A stretch of DNA of 63,914 bases from Candidatus Omnitrophota bacterium (GTDB lineage Bacteria > Omnitrophota > Omnitrophia > Omnitrophales > Aquincolibacteriaceae), in assembly GCA_022705945.1 (NCBI GenBank), contig JAKJDL010000009.1:1-63914 (forward strand). Direction: 5' to 3'. Each line of letters starts with the position of its first letter. Position 1 is the stretch's first letter. Below the pieces are notes generated by a model that worked only from the letters and a program-made list of their open reading frames with translations, searched no databases and was not told the origin of the DNA. Both the position numbers and the translations under genes were made by a program. Shown one piece after another: positions 1-9,249 of this stretch.

Positions 1-232
1 CAACCGATACAGGCCAGGGATAGGCTGCCGTTTTCACCCAACTTTCAAAGTGCCCCGCAAATTTCGCGTTGGTCACAATATAAACCGCATTAACCTCCGG
101 GACTTTTTCGACCCGGCCGAGGATCCACTCAAGAATCGGTCTTCCGCCCACAGGCAGGAGTGGTTTAGGCTGATTTTCGGTCAACGGATAAAGACGGGTC
201 GCATAACCTGCGCAGAGTACGATGACTTTCAT
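1..232 (-). CDS. Sugar-phosphate nucleotidyltransferase (NTP_transferase family), 3' end outside window
   Basis: Not in ORF track; my translation from ATG at 232: MKVIVLCAGYATRLYPLTENQPKPLLPVGGRPILEWIL, matching the GxGTRLxPLTxxxPKPLLP signature; ATGA overlap with the PGI/PMI stop. Confidence 0.9.
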   Translation of the reverse strand, partial: MKVIVLCAGYATRLYPLTENQPKPLLPVGGRPILEWILGRVEKVPEVNAVYIVTNAKFAGHFESWVKTAAYPWPVSV

Positions 233-1215
233 GCAATGTCCTTTACGGCTTTTTTGATCCGGTCGATCACGCAGATCGACATGGGATCGACACGGTTAAG
301 CTTTGCGAGTTCACAGCTCGTCCAGTCCCCGAGCATCACCATGGAAAAGATCCTCGACAGGCATTCGTTTCCTTTCGCCTTGAGTTCCAGGACCTGCGCG
401 CCGGATTCCCGGATCGCCTGAATGGCAACTTTTTTCTTCTTCAGAAGCCAGGATGGCTCGTTGCGGTCCGTTAGAAAAACAGCGACGGAACGACGGATCT
501 TGAAGGCGGGGAACATCCAACCCTCGATTTCGTGATGGAACATCTCGGGCAGGGCTTCGCAGGAGGCGAGCGTTTTGGCGTTCTCCGCAAACTGGGTCCG
601 CCACCTCATCGCCACGGACTGCATCAGACCGCCTCCGTAGATCACGATATTTTTACGGAAAAGCTTCCTCGCGAGCACGCGAGCCCGGGCGGCCGGAAAA
701 GCGCGCACGGTCATGATCACCTCCGAAATTTCCTTTTTTGAAACTGAAAACCAACCGTATCGCATAAAAAGAAAAAGGAGCGAGAACGTGTTGTAGCCGA
801 TCGCAAAACGCGGCGGATACCCCTGCGGGAGTTGAAAAAAAGGAAATTTCCTTTTCACGGCCTCTTCCGCGAGCCTTCCGCCGGAAGCGACAACAAGAAA
901 ATTAGCCTTGCGGGCAATCGCCTGCTTCAGGACCGATTCGACCTCATGAGTGTTCCCGGAATAACTGGAGAGGATCACAACCGTTTTAGAATCGACCCAT
1001 TCGGGGAGACGGGATGTCCGGTTCACGGTCCAATGGATGGAGGAATGGCTTTGAGCGATCGTCCCCAGGATGTCCCCGCTGATGGCCGATCCTCCCATCC
1101 CGCAGAAAAGAACCTTGGCGGGACGTTTGACAAAGGAAACCGGCAACCTGACCGAGGCCGCGATTCGGCGCGCCTTTTCGATCTGGTTCGCGAGGTCTTT
1201 TAGATAAACTTCCAT
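229..1215 (-). CDS. Bifunctional phosphoglucose/phosphomannose isomerase (SIS + bac/arch PGI-PMI C-terminal domain)
   Basis: CGMGGSAISGD, SSYSGNTHE, SGGRL, GYPPR, RWRTQFAENAK, PEMFHHEIEG motifs; start placed at ATG 1215 (TAATG overlap with ptsI stop). Confidence 0.88.
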   Translation of the reverse strand: MEVYLKDLANQIEKARRIAASVRLPVSFVKRPAKVLFCGMGGSAISGDILGTIAQSHSSIHWTVNRTSRLPEWVDSKTVVILSSYSGNTHEVESVLKQAIARKANFLVVASGGRLAEEAVKRKFPFFQLPQGYPPRFAIGYNTFSLLFLFMRYGWFSVSKKEISEVIMTVRAFPAARARVLARKLFRKNIVIYGGGLMQSVAMRWRTQFAENAKTLASCEALPEMFHHEIEGWMFPAFKIRRSVAVFLTDRNEPSWLLKKKKVAIQAIRESGAQVLELKAKGNECLSRIFSMVMLGDWTSCELAKLNRVDPMSICVIDRIKKAVKDIA

Positions 1216-2978
1216 TAGTCGTCCGCAAGCTCCCTGCAAATATCTTTAAGCTTCTCGCCAAGAAACTGTTCGATTTCCTTGCCGGTCTGAAATGTCATTG
1301 CTTTCCGCGCGATTTCTTGCGCATCCGCGTAACGGATTGAACGGATCGCTTTTTTTATCTTCGGGAGGACCACGGGGCTCACGCTTATCTCATCGATTCC
1401 AAGCCCGACAAGGAGAATCGCAATCTTGGGATTGCCGGACATCTCGCCGCAGCTTCCGACCCAGGAATCATGCGCGTGGCCGTTTTTAATAACCGTTTCA
1501 ATCAGGCGCAGGATTGCGGGATGGGTCGGTTCGTAAAGGTAAGCGACCTTTTCGTTCATACGATCGATCGCGAGCACATACTGGATCAGGTCATTCGTTC
1601 CGATGGAGAAAAAATCTGTCTCTTTCGCAAGAACGTCGCTTGCGAGCGCCGCCGAGGGGATTTCAATCATCGCGCCCACATCGATCGACCGATTGAAAGG
1701 TTTCCCTTCTCGTTCCAGTTCCGCCATTGCTTCATTCAGGATTTCCCGCGACATCCGGATTTCATAAATATTGGAGATCATCGGATACATGATCTTGATA
1801 TTGCCGTGCGCGCTGGCCCTGAGAATGGCTCTAAGCTGGGTCTTGAAAATATCTTTCCGGGTAAGGCAAAAACGGATCGCCCGCCATCCAAGATACGGGT
1901 TCATCTCATGAGGAATTTCCAAAATCGAGGCAAACTTGTCTCCCCCGAGGTCCAGCGTCCGGATAATCACGGGGTGATGGCCGACCGCTTTCGCTACTTT
2001 GCGGTAGGCATCATACTGCTCATCTTCCGTCGGTAAAGAGCTTCGGTTCATATAAAGGTATTCGGTCCTGTAAAGGCCCACGCCTTCGGCTCCGTGCGAG
2101 ATCACCGAAGCGGCTTCGTGATGGAACTCGATATTCGCGGCCAGCGTGATCCTTTTGCCGTCCAGGGTTTCCGCGGGAAGATCCCGCAATTTATTCAGTT
2201 CGCCCGTGAGCTGAATAAAGCGGTTCTCTTCCGAAGTGAATTTTTCGATCGCCTCCTGATCCGGCTCAACGATGACGACCCCGTGCGTCCCGTCCACAAT
2301 AACCGGCATCCCGTTATCGACTTCATTGATAACCCGTTCGGCTCCCACGATCGCGGGAATTTCGAGTGAGCGACCCAAGATCGCCGTATGCGAAGTCGGT
2401 CCTCCAATTTCGGTAATAAAAGCGAGTACTTTGGATTTGTCCAGCATGGCTGTATCGGAAGGAGAAAGATCGTGCGACACAATAATGACTTTTTCCTTAA
2501 ATTCTTCAAGGCGTCTTTTTGCCTCGCCGCAAAGGTTCCCCATAAGCCGGCGACCGACATCCCGGATATCCGAGATGCGTTCCTTGAGATATTCGTCGTT
2601 GATCTGGGAAAAGGCCTGAAAATAGCGTTGGATGACGGTTGTAAATGCAAATTCCGCGGCCACTTTTTCATTTCTGATCACTTCGATCACATCCTCGATC
2701 ATGGTCCTGTCTTCAAGGATCAGGAGGTGCGCCGTAAAAATATCGGAGCTTTCCCGGCCGATCTGATCGGACAATTTGCGCCGGATCTCGAGGATTTCGG
2801 TCCGGGTACGCGCCAGGGCGTCTTCAAACCGGGCAATCTCGTTCGGGATGAGCTCGGGAGTGATCACCCTCCTGGGAAGATTGAAGGACTCGCCGCTGTG
2901 GAGCACGAACACCTTCCCGATCGCGATGCCGGGTGAAACCCCGATACCTTTCAATTCCTTCACGCTTTTATTCTCCAA
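1215..2978 (-). CDS. ptsI: PEP-protein phosphotransferase, PTS enzyme I (no GAF domain)
   Basis: GIGVSPGIAIG, TSHTAIL phospho-His motif, GVGLYRTE, IRTLDLGGDK, FFSIGTNDLIQY, GSCGEM. GTG at 2963 is an alternative start. Confidence 0.97.
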   Translation of the reverse strand: MENKSVKELKGIGVSPGIAIGKVFVLHSGESFNLPRRVITPELIPNEIARFEDALARTRTEILEIRRKLSDQIGRESSDIFTAHLLILEDRTMIEDVIEVIRNEKVAAEFAFTTVIQRYFQAFSQINDEYLKERISDIRDVGRRLMGNLCGEAKRRLEEFKEKVIIVSHDLSPSDTAMLDKSKVLAFITEIGGPTSHTAILGRSLEIPAIVGAERVINEVDNGMPVIVDGTHGVVIVEPDQEAIEKFTSEENRFIQLTGELNKLRDLPAETLDGKRITLAANIEFHHEAASVISHGAEGVGLYRTEYLYMNRSSLPTEDEQYDAYRKVAKAVGHHPVIIRTLDLGGDKFASILEIPHEMNPYLGWRAIRFCLTRKDIFKTQLRAILRASAHGNIKIMYPMISNIYEIRMSREILNEAMAELEREGKPFNRSIDVGAMIEIPSAALASDVLAKETDFFSIGTNDLIQYVLAIDRMNEKVAYLYEPTHPAILRLIETVIKNGHAHDSWVGSCGEMSGNPKIAILLVGLGIDEISVSPVVLPKIKKAIRSIRYADAQEIARKAMTFQTGKEIEQFLGEKLKDICRELADD

Positions 2979-3273
2979 AGTTTGTTTCGATGAGTTTCGT
3001 TAACGCGTCCATGGCTGTTTCCGCATCCTTGCCGCCCGCTACGACCCTGATCACCGAACCCATTTCAGCCGCAAGGGTCATGATCCCCATGATGGATTTT
3101 CCGTCTACCTTTATGTCGTCTTTATAGATCTCGATCGAAGCCTCGTATTTATTGGCCGTTTGGACAAAAAGTGCCGCCGGACGAGCATGAAGCCCGAGCT
3201 TGTTCGAGATCACCAGCTCCTTCTCGACTTTCTTTACTTCTCTTTTTCCGCCCCGCGGGCGACGCGACGTCAT
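2968..3273 (-). CDS. ptsH: HPr phosphocarrier protein
   Basis: GLHARPAA (His15 site) and DGKSIMG (Ser46 site); GAAGGA upstream of the ATG. Confidence 0.96.
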   Translation of the reverse strand: MTSRRPRGGKREVKKVEKELVISNKLGLHARPAALFVQTANKYEASIEIYKDDIKVDGKSIMGIMTLAAEMGSVIRVVAGGKDAETAMDALTKLIETNFGE

Positions 3274-3276
3274 AAT

Positions 3277-4536
3277 CTAGTCCTTCAGCTTCTTGGTATT
3301 CTTGGCGTAATAATCCAGGATCGATTTCATAATCTTCTCGGCATCGTGACGGACCTGCCCGTCCGACTTGAGGACCTCATCGGTCACAACCTCGTAACCC
3401 TTTTCGCGGATCTTGTCGATATCGAGCTTCACGGGCAGTGCACCGGCTTCCCGGTAACGCCGGTAAAGAGGTTCCGGAATCCTGGCCTTGTTAACAAAAA
3501 CCGCGTCCACGATCCGCGGATCGGTATGGTCGATAATCACCTTCAGGTGACCCCATGCGCTCAAATCCGTCGTTTCACCGGGTTGGGTCATGGCGTTACA
3601 GATATAAACCTTACAAGCATCTGATTTCAGGATCGCGTCCCGGATATCCTTGATAAGAAGGTTCGGCAGGATGCTGGTATAAAGACTTCCCGGTCCCATA
3701 ACGATGAGATCTGCGATCGAAATTGCGTCAACCGCTTCCTCGCAGGCCCTGCAATCATCCGGCTTCAGATGAATGCTGCGGAGCGGTTTCCTCTCATTCG
3801 TAATATTCGTCTCTCCTTCTTTGGAGGTGCCGTCCATGAATTCCCCGACAAGCGTAACTTTTTCAAGGGTTGAGGGAAGCACGCGACCCCGGATCGCGAG
3901 AACCTTGCTGGATTCCGCTATCGCTTTTTCAAAATCCCCCGTCACCATTGAAAGAGCTGTAATAAAAAGATTCCCGAAACTATGCCCTTTTAATCCTTCG
4001 CCTGTCTCAAATCGATACTGAAAAAGATCCCGGATCAAGGGCCCCGTATCCGCAAGGGCCACAAGACAGTTCCGGATATCGCCGGGAGGCAGGACATCCA
4101 TCTCGTCCCGGAGCCGTCCCGAACTCCCTCCGGTGTCCGTCACCGTCACGATTGCCGTAATATTGCGCGTAAAAAGCTTCATGCCCGAAAGCATGGTGCT
4201 GAGACCCGTGCCCCCTCCTATCGCCACGATCCGCGGCCCCCGGAGAAGTGATTCGGACTGACGGCTCTGATATACAATATCCACAAGCGGGCCCGTCTGG
4301 TTTAGCGGCATGAGGGCCCTGACAAAAATTTTGACCATGTTCTTGATCGAAGTATAGATGAGGAAAATCCCGAAGATCATGGCTGCGGTCGCAAAAGCCG
4401 CGAGCATTACGCTGGATTTCGCAATGGTCTTCACCGTGAGGAGGTCGACCACAACGAGCAGGCTCAGGCCGATCACACAGAGGGTGATCCAGCGCTTGAT
4501 ACCGATACCGGGATAGAGCCACTTGAAAAATTGCAT
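3277..4536 (-). CDS. yvcK: YvcK/GlmR (CofD-like, UPF0052) protein with N-terminal membrane segments
   Basis: IGGGTGLS, VTDTGGSSGRLR, PPGDIRNCL, GHSFGNL, GPGSLYTSILPNL; N-terminal KWLYPGIGIKRW followed by two hydrophobic helices. Confidence 0.92.
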   Translation of the reverse strand: MQFFKWLYPGIGIKRWITLCVIGLSLLVVVDLLTVKTIAKSSVMLAAFATAAMIFGIFLIYTSIKNMVKIFVRALMPLNQTGPLVDIVYQSRQSESLLRGPRIVAIGGGTGLSTMLSGMKLFTRNITAIVTVTDTGGSSGRLRDEMDVLPPGDIRNCLVALADTGPLIRDLFQYRFETGEGLKGHSFGNLFITALSMVTGDFEKAIAESSKVLAIRGRVLPSTLEKVTLVGEFMDGTSKEGETNITNERKPLRSIHLKPDDCRACEEAVDAISIADLIVMGPGSLYTSILPNLLIKDIRDAILKSDACKVYICNAMTQPGETTDLSAWGHLKVIIDHTDPRIVDAVFVNKARIPEPLYRRYREAGALPVKLDIDKIREKGYEVVTDEVLKSDGQVRHDAEKIMKSILDYYAKNTKKLKD

Positions 4537-4557
4537 CCGGAAATCCCCGATCGGACC

Positions 4558-5022
4558 CTAAACTTTCCGGTTCTCTTCTTTGTTTATAAGCTCAAAAACA
4601 TCCTTCGGTGTCTTGCAGCGGCGCAGGAGTTCACAAAAATAGGAATCCCTCAAAAGCCGCGAGATCTGGGCAAGCGCCTTCAAATGCGGGCCGGCCGCAT
4701 CCTTCGGGGCGACCAAAAGAAACAGGATATAAACCGGCTCCCCGTCGAGTGCCTCGAAGTTCACGCCTTTTTTGCTGACCCCGAGAGCCGCAGCCAGTCC
4801 GTCGACCTTGTCAGTCTTCCCGTGAGGAATGGCAATCCCCTGCCCGATCCCCGTCGAGCCGAGATTTTCCCTTTCAATCAGCGCTTTCATAATCGCTTTC
4901 TTGTCGCCGAGATCCTTGACCTCTCCAAGAAGGTCGACCATTTCCTGAAGCACCCCTTCCTTGTCAGTGGCCTCAAGATCAAGTTTGACGCCTTTGATGT
5001 TCAAAAAATCCGTTATTTTCAT
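4558..5022 (-). CDS. ptsN: PTS EIIA component (Ntr/Fru type)
   Basis: RENLGSTGIGQGIAIPHGK motif, FEALDGEPV, HLKALAQISRLL. Confidence 0.9.
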   Translation of the reverse strand: MKITDFLNIKGVKLDLEATDKEGVLQEMVDLLGEVKDLGDKKAIMKALIERENLGSTGIGQGIAIPHGKTDKVDGLAAALGVSKKGVNFEALDGEPVYILFLLVAPKDAAGPHLKALAQISRLLRDSYFCELLRRCKTPKDVFELINKEENRKV

Positions 5023-5053
5023 TTTGACTCCCTCCTCACGAAAGTCTGATGGA

Positions 5054-5596
5054 TTAGAATTGCGGTTCGATAAGCCCGTGATTGCCGTCCTTACGTTTAT
5101 AGATCACATTAACGCGGTCGGTTGATGAATTGAGAAAAACCAGAAACGATTCTTTGACCAGCCTGAGCTGAAGACTGGCTTCTTCTGCAGACATGGGTTT
5201 CGGAGCGAAATCCTCCGTGCGGACAAGCTTCGGACGCTTTGCCTCAAGTTCAGATTCTGCCTCGCCCATCTGCGCCGCCCGCAACAAACTCCTACCTTCT
5301 TTCTGGTGATGGTTTTTCTTGCGCGCGCAGTATTTTTTCAGCTGTTTCAGAGTCCGGTTGTAGGCTTCATCCATGGCTGTAAAAATATTGTCCTTGGAAC
5401 TCCCCTTGCCAAAAGCGCGGAAATCTTTCGTGAGAACCGTGATCTCGGCGACAAAAAGGTATTTCACTTTTTTAAGAAACACGTGCGACTCAACGATCCG
5501 AGGCGCATATTTCTCAAGCTTGGGAAGCCTTTCTTCGAGATGCTCCTTCATCCCGCTCGTGACCCTAAGATTCTGACCCGTAAAACGAATATCCAC
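5054..5596 (-). CDS. hpf: Ribosome hibernation promoting factor, long form (S30AE + C-terminal domain)
   Basis: MDIRFTGQNLRVTSGMKEHL N-terminus; KPMSAEEASLQL...FLVFLN...VNVIYKRKDGNHGLIEP C-terminal domain. Confidence 0.93.
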   Translation of the reverse strand: MDIRFTGQNLRVTSGMKEHLEERLPKLEKYAPRIVESHVFLKKVKYLFVAEITVLTKDFRAFGKGSSKDNIFTAMDEAYNRTLKQLKKYCARKKNHHQKEGRSLLRAAQMGEAESELEAKRPKLVRTEDFAPKPMSAEEASLQLRLVKESFLVFLNSSTDRVNVIYKRKDGNHGLIEPQF

Positions 5597-5635
5597 TGAA
5601 AACCTCCTTGAATAGGTGAAAAAAAAGAAACGATG

Positions 5636-6361
5636 TTACGCCAACGAAAATCTTTCTCCCAAATAGATCTCGCGGGCCTTGGGGTCATTCGCGAGAAACT
5701 CCGAAGATCCCGAGACCTCGACTTTGCCCTCGTAAAGCAGGTAAGAACGGTCGGTGATCGAAAGCGTTTCGCGTACGCTGTGGTCGGTGAGAAGAATACT
5801 GAGGCCCTGGGCCTTGAGCTTCTGGAGGATCTTTTGCACTTCAAAAACCGCGATCGGGTCCACTCCGCTGAAAGGCTCATCAAGCAGGATGAGGGAAGGA
5901 TTGGTAACAAGCGCCCGGGTGATCTCAAGCCGTCGCCGTTCCCCTCCCGAGAGCGTGTAGGCCTTGTTCTTTGCGAGATACGCGATGTCAAGGTCGTTCA
6001 GAAGACGCTTGAGCCGGCGGTCTCGCTCGTCCTGGGAGATCTCTAGCGTCTCGAGGATGGCCATGATGTTTTCTTCAACCGTGAGCTTCCGGAAGATCGA
6101 AGGTTCCTGCGAAAGATATCCGATCCCGAGACGGGCTCTCTCGAACATCGGGAGCCCCGTGATGTCTTCCCCGCGGAAAAGAATCTTCCCGGATTCGGGG
6201 CGGATCACGCCGACCACCATGTAGAAGGTCGTCGTCTTCCCGGCCCCGTTCGGTCCCAGGAGCCCGACAATTTCTCCCCGGGAGATCTGAATGTTCACGT
6301 CCTTGACGACCGTGCGCCCTTTATAACTTTTGACAAGCTGTTTCGTTTCCAAAAGGTTCAT
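5636..6361 (-). CDS. lptB: LPS export ABC transporter ATP-binding protein
   Basis: GLLGPNGAGKTT, GYLSQEPSIFRKLTVEEN, LSGGERRRLEI, LLDEPFSGVDP, TDHSVRETL. Confidence 0.97.
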   Translation of the reverse strand: MNLLETKQLVKSYKGRTVVKDVNIQISRGEIVGLLGPNGAGKTTTFYMVVGVIRPESGKILFRGEDITGLPMFERARLGIGYLSQEPSIFRKLTVEENIMAILETLEISQDERDRRLKRLLNDLDIAYLAKNKAYTLSGGERRRLEITRALVTNPSLILLDEPFSGVDPIAVFEVQKILQKLKAQGLSILLTDHSVRETLSITDRSYLLYEGKVEVSGSSEFLANDPKAREIYLGERFSLA

Positions 6362-6363
6362 GT

Positions 6364-7248
6364 CTAAAAGATCCCTTTCTCGAGGCTGTCCATGCCTTCG
6401 CCGCCATAGTAAAGCGCTTCCGTGTCCCCTCCAAGAATGATCCGGCCTTCCTCAGCCAAATAGATCACACTATCCGAAAAAGTTTTGTTGCCGTCGGGGT
6501 TTTGGATCACGACATTTCCGGCCGCCACGATCTTCGAAACGCGCCGGCTGACTTTATTGTAATAGACATCCATCATGTCCGCCGTCAGTTTTCCCCTGCT
6601 GTCCTCGGCCACAACATTATCTTTAAAATGCGCGATATTCCGTTCATAATCGACCACAAGCGGTCCGTCACAGGTAATCGTGGTAGGGCCCGATTCCTTT
6701 TCATCCGGATTCCGGACCACCACAGTAACGTTCTTCTTGAATTTTACTTTTTTAAGCCTCGTATCGGCCCTGGCACCAAGACCTTCGACGTTGATATTAT
6801 CCCTTTTAACCTGGGTGCTCACCTCATTTTCAATGATATGCTCGCCCGGATGCATATCAAGTTCCTCGGTCATAAGCCGGGTTCCGTCCTCGGTCGTCGC
6901 GACCACGTTTTGAGCGATATGGATTTTATTCTGTTTTTTATCGTAATGGCCCGTATCAGCCGTCACGGTCACAGGCACCTCTTCGGCGTAGGCCTTAGCC
7001 ATCACGTTCATAAGCTGAACCGTTTCCGCCATGATATCTGCCGAATCCCCTTCGATCTCGATCTCTTTCTGGCCCTCAGGCGTGTATTTGGAGAACTGGA
7101 AGGAATAGACCTTGTGCGGCGGATCCTCGGACTTTTTCTCGACCGCTTTTTGGGATTTTGCCTGGCGGGTAATCACCACCTGGACCTGGACAAACGCCAC
7201 GTAGAAAGCCACAAGGGCGATGAAACCGATAACCAGCTTCTTGATCAT
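6364..7248 (-). CDS. lptC: LptC-like protein with a C-terminal LptA/OstA beta-jellyroll (probable LptC-LptA fusion)
   Basis: N-terminal TM anchor, beta-rich LptC-like region (VTADTGHYDKKQNKIHIAQNVV...LMTEEL), then OstA-like region (ITCDGPL...AHFKDNVV...LTADMMDVYY...IVAAGNVVI); directly upstream of lptB; start at ATG 7248 (ATGA overlap). Confidence 0.75.
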   Translation of the reverse strand: MIKKLVIGFIALVAFYVAFVQVQVVITRQAKSQKAVEKKSEDPPHKVYSFQFSKYTPEGQKEIEIEGDSADIMAETVQLMNVMAKAYAEEVPVTVTADTGHYDKKQNKIHIAQNVVATTEDGTRLMTEELDMHPGEHIIENEVSTQVKRDNINVEGLGARADTRLKKVKFKKNVTVVVRNPDEKESGPTTITCDGPLVVDYERNIAHFKDNVVAEDSRGKLTADMMDVYYNKVSRRVSKIVAAGNVVIQNPDGNKTFSDSVIYLAEEGRIILGGDTEALYYGGEGMDSLEKGIF

Positions 7249-8186
7249 TTGCGGACAGCCTCTCTTTTTCGCGATTCGATCATTTCCGGCTTCGTTCGCC
7301 ACCGGTCATGCATCCATCCCCATTGTTCGGGATATTCGCGGATTATTTTTTCAAAACTCTTCATCCAAAGCTCCGTATAGTGCCTGACCGACGTCTCCCG
7401 ATCCGTTTCTACCCGGGGGCGGATCAGCTCGCCCATGATAAGTTTATAACGGTTTCCGGACTGACGAACCATGAACGCCGGCAAAATCGGAGCACCGCTT
7501 GCCAGGGAAAATTTAACCGGCGCCGTCATGGTATAGGCGGGTTTCCCAAAAAAGTCTACAAATACACCGCGGATCCGGTCAATATCCTGATCCGGAAGCA
7601 GTCCGACAATTTCTCCCCGCTTTAAATGATAATGGACCTGTCTGACCGCCTCATTTTGATAAATCGTTTCCACCCCGACCGAACGGCGAAGCCCCACAAT
7701 CCATTCGTTGTAAGGCGCATAATAGATGCGCCTGCCGACCACCGCCCCCCGGAACCCTTGCAGGCCAAAAATACCCGCAAGAAGTTCCCAGTTTCCGAAG
7801 TGGGGTGTCATTATAATGAGCCCCTTTCCTTCTTGCAAAATATCTTTGCACCTTTCGTAAGCGTTCCCAGCCTCGATAAAACCGGCGGCTTTTTCCCTGG
7901 TAAGCTTCGCGAATCTGAGGAAATCCACAAAAGTTTCCAGCATATTACCGATAACCCGCACGGCGATCTTTCTGATCTCAACCGGGGTCTTTTCGTTCCC
8001 GTATGCAAATTCAAGATTCCTGAGGATTTTCCGGCGTTGGCGTCCGATCAGACAGTAGCCGAGCCGGCCGACGCCGCGCGCCAACGCCAGCGCCCAGCTT
8101 CTCGGAAGAATCAACGGAACGCCGGCAACCGCCTTTGCCAACAAGTAAAGCGGATAACGATAAGGCTTGCTCTTCGCCATCTTCAA
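7245..8186 (-). CDS. Lipid A acyltransferase, LpxL/HtrB family
   Basis: HFGNWE, LLPDQD, VDFFGKPAYT, PEQWGWMHDRWRT motifs; ATG at 8180 is an alternative start. Confidence 0.92.
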   Translation of the reverse strand: MKMAKSKPYRYPLYLLAKAVAGVPLILPRSWALALARGVGRLGYCLIGRQRRKILRNLEFAYGNEKTPVEIRKIAVRVIGNMLETFVDFLRFAKLTREKAAGFIEAGNAYERCKDILQEGKGLIIMTPHFGNWELLAGIFGLQGFRGAVVGRRIYYAPYNEWIVGLRRSVGVETIYQNEAVRQVHYHLKRGEIVGLLPDQDIDRIRGVFVDFFGKPAYTMTAPVKFSLASGAPILPAFMVRQSGNRYKLIMGELIRPRVETDRETSVRHYTELWMKSFEKIIREYPEQWGWMHDRWRTKPEMIESRKREAVRK

Positions 8187-8279
8187 CCTCTCACAGGTCC
8201 AGCGGCAACCGGGCTAAAAACCGGCCCGTGAATTTTGTTACGGGAGTTCATGAACATCGTCTGATTCAAATTCTGCGGG

Positions 8280-9245
8280 CTAAACGACTCCCGCCCTCAT
8301 GAGATCCTGAACGTCAAGGAGACCGACCACTCTGGACCTGTCGTCCACCACGGGAATCTCGTCGATCCTGAGGGATTCCATCACATGGAACGCCTCTTCG
8401 GCGAGCCGGTTCTTGCCGATCACTCTCGGTTTCAGGGTCGCGACCTTCTCGATCGCAAGATTGAGTATCCCCTCTCCCTTTTCGCGCAAATGCCTGCGAA
8501 GATCGCCGTCCGTGAAAATACCGGCCAGCCTTCCTTTCCGGTCCACGATCGTACAGCTTCCGGCACGGGCCGCCGTGATCCTAAGAAGCGCCCGGCGGAC
8601 ACTCGTCCCCGTCCGGACAACCGGGTTCGCCTTGCCTTTCCGCATAATATCCTCGACTCTCAAAAGTTTTTTCCCGAGACTTCCTCCGGGATGGAGTTTC
8701 GCAAAATCTTCGGGGCGGAATTTTTTTATTTTAAGAAGTGTCAGCGCAAGCGCGTCCCCCATCGCGAGAGAGGCCGTAGTCGAAGCCGAAGGCGCCAGGT
8801 TAAGCGGACATGCCTCGCGCGTCACACCAAGGTCGAGAACCACATCCGCGTATTTAGCGAGCGTGGATTTCGGCATGCTGGTCATTGCGATCAAGGGCGT
8901 CCCTTTTTTCTTGAGAATGGGAAGAAGCCGGACGATCTCTTCGGTCTCTCCGCTCTGGGAAATGGCGATGATCAAGTCCCGGGCCGTCACCATCCCGAGA
9001 TCACCATGAACCGCTTCGGCCGGATGGAGATAAAGGCTCGGGGTTCCCGTCGAGGCAAGTGTAGCCGCGAGTTTCCGTGCGATAAGGCCGGGTTTCCCCA
9101 TTCCTGTCAGGATTACACGGTTCCGGCAAAGCGCCATCAGCCGCACCGCTTTTTCAAAATCCTTTCCGATCTTGGAGCGAAGTCTCTCAATCGCTCTGGC
9201 TTCGATCCCGATAATTTCACGTCCGATCTTACGGATATTCTTCAT
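8280..9245 (-). CDS. kdsD: Arabinose-5-phosphate isomerase (KpsF/GutQ family; SIS + 2 CBS)
   Basis: TGMGKPGLIARK, LHPAEAVHGDLG, SQSGETEE, EACPLNLAPSAST, HPGGSLG; start placed at MKNIRK. Confidence 0.95.
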   Translation of the reverse strand: MKNIRKIGREIIGIEARAIERLRSKIGKDFEKAVRLMALCRNRVILTGMGKPGLIARKLAATLASTGTPSLYLHPAEAVHGDLGMVTARDLIIAISQSGETEEIVRLLPILKKKGTPLIAMTSMPKSTLAKYADVVLDLGVTREACPLNLAPSASTTASLAMGDALALTLLKIKKFRPEDFAKLHPGGSLGKKLLRVEDIMRKGKANPVVRTGTSVRRALLRITAARAGSCTIVDRKGRLAGIFTDGDLRRHLREKGEGILNLAIEKVATLKPRVIGKNRLAEEAFHVMESLRIDEIPVVDDRSRVVGLLDVQDLMRAGVV

Positions 9246-9249
9246 CAGC

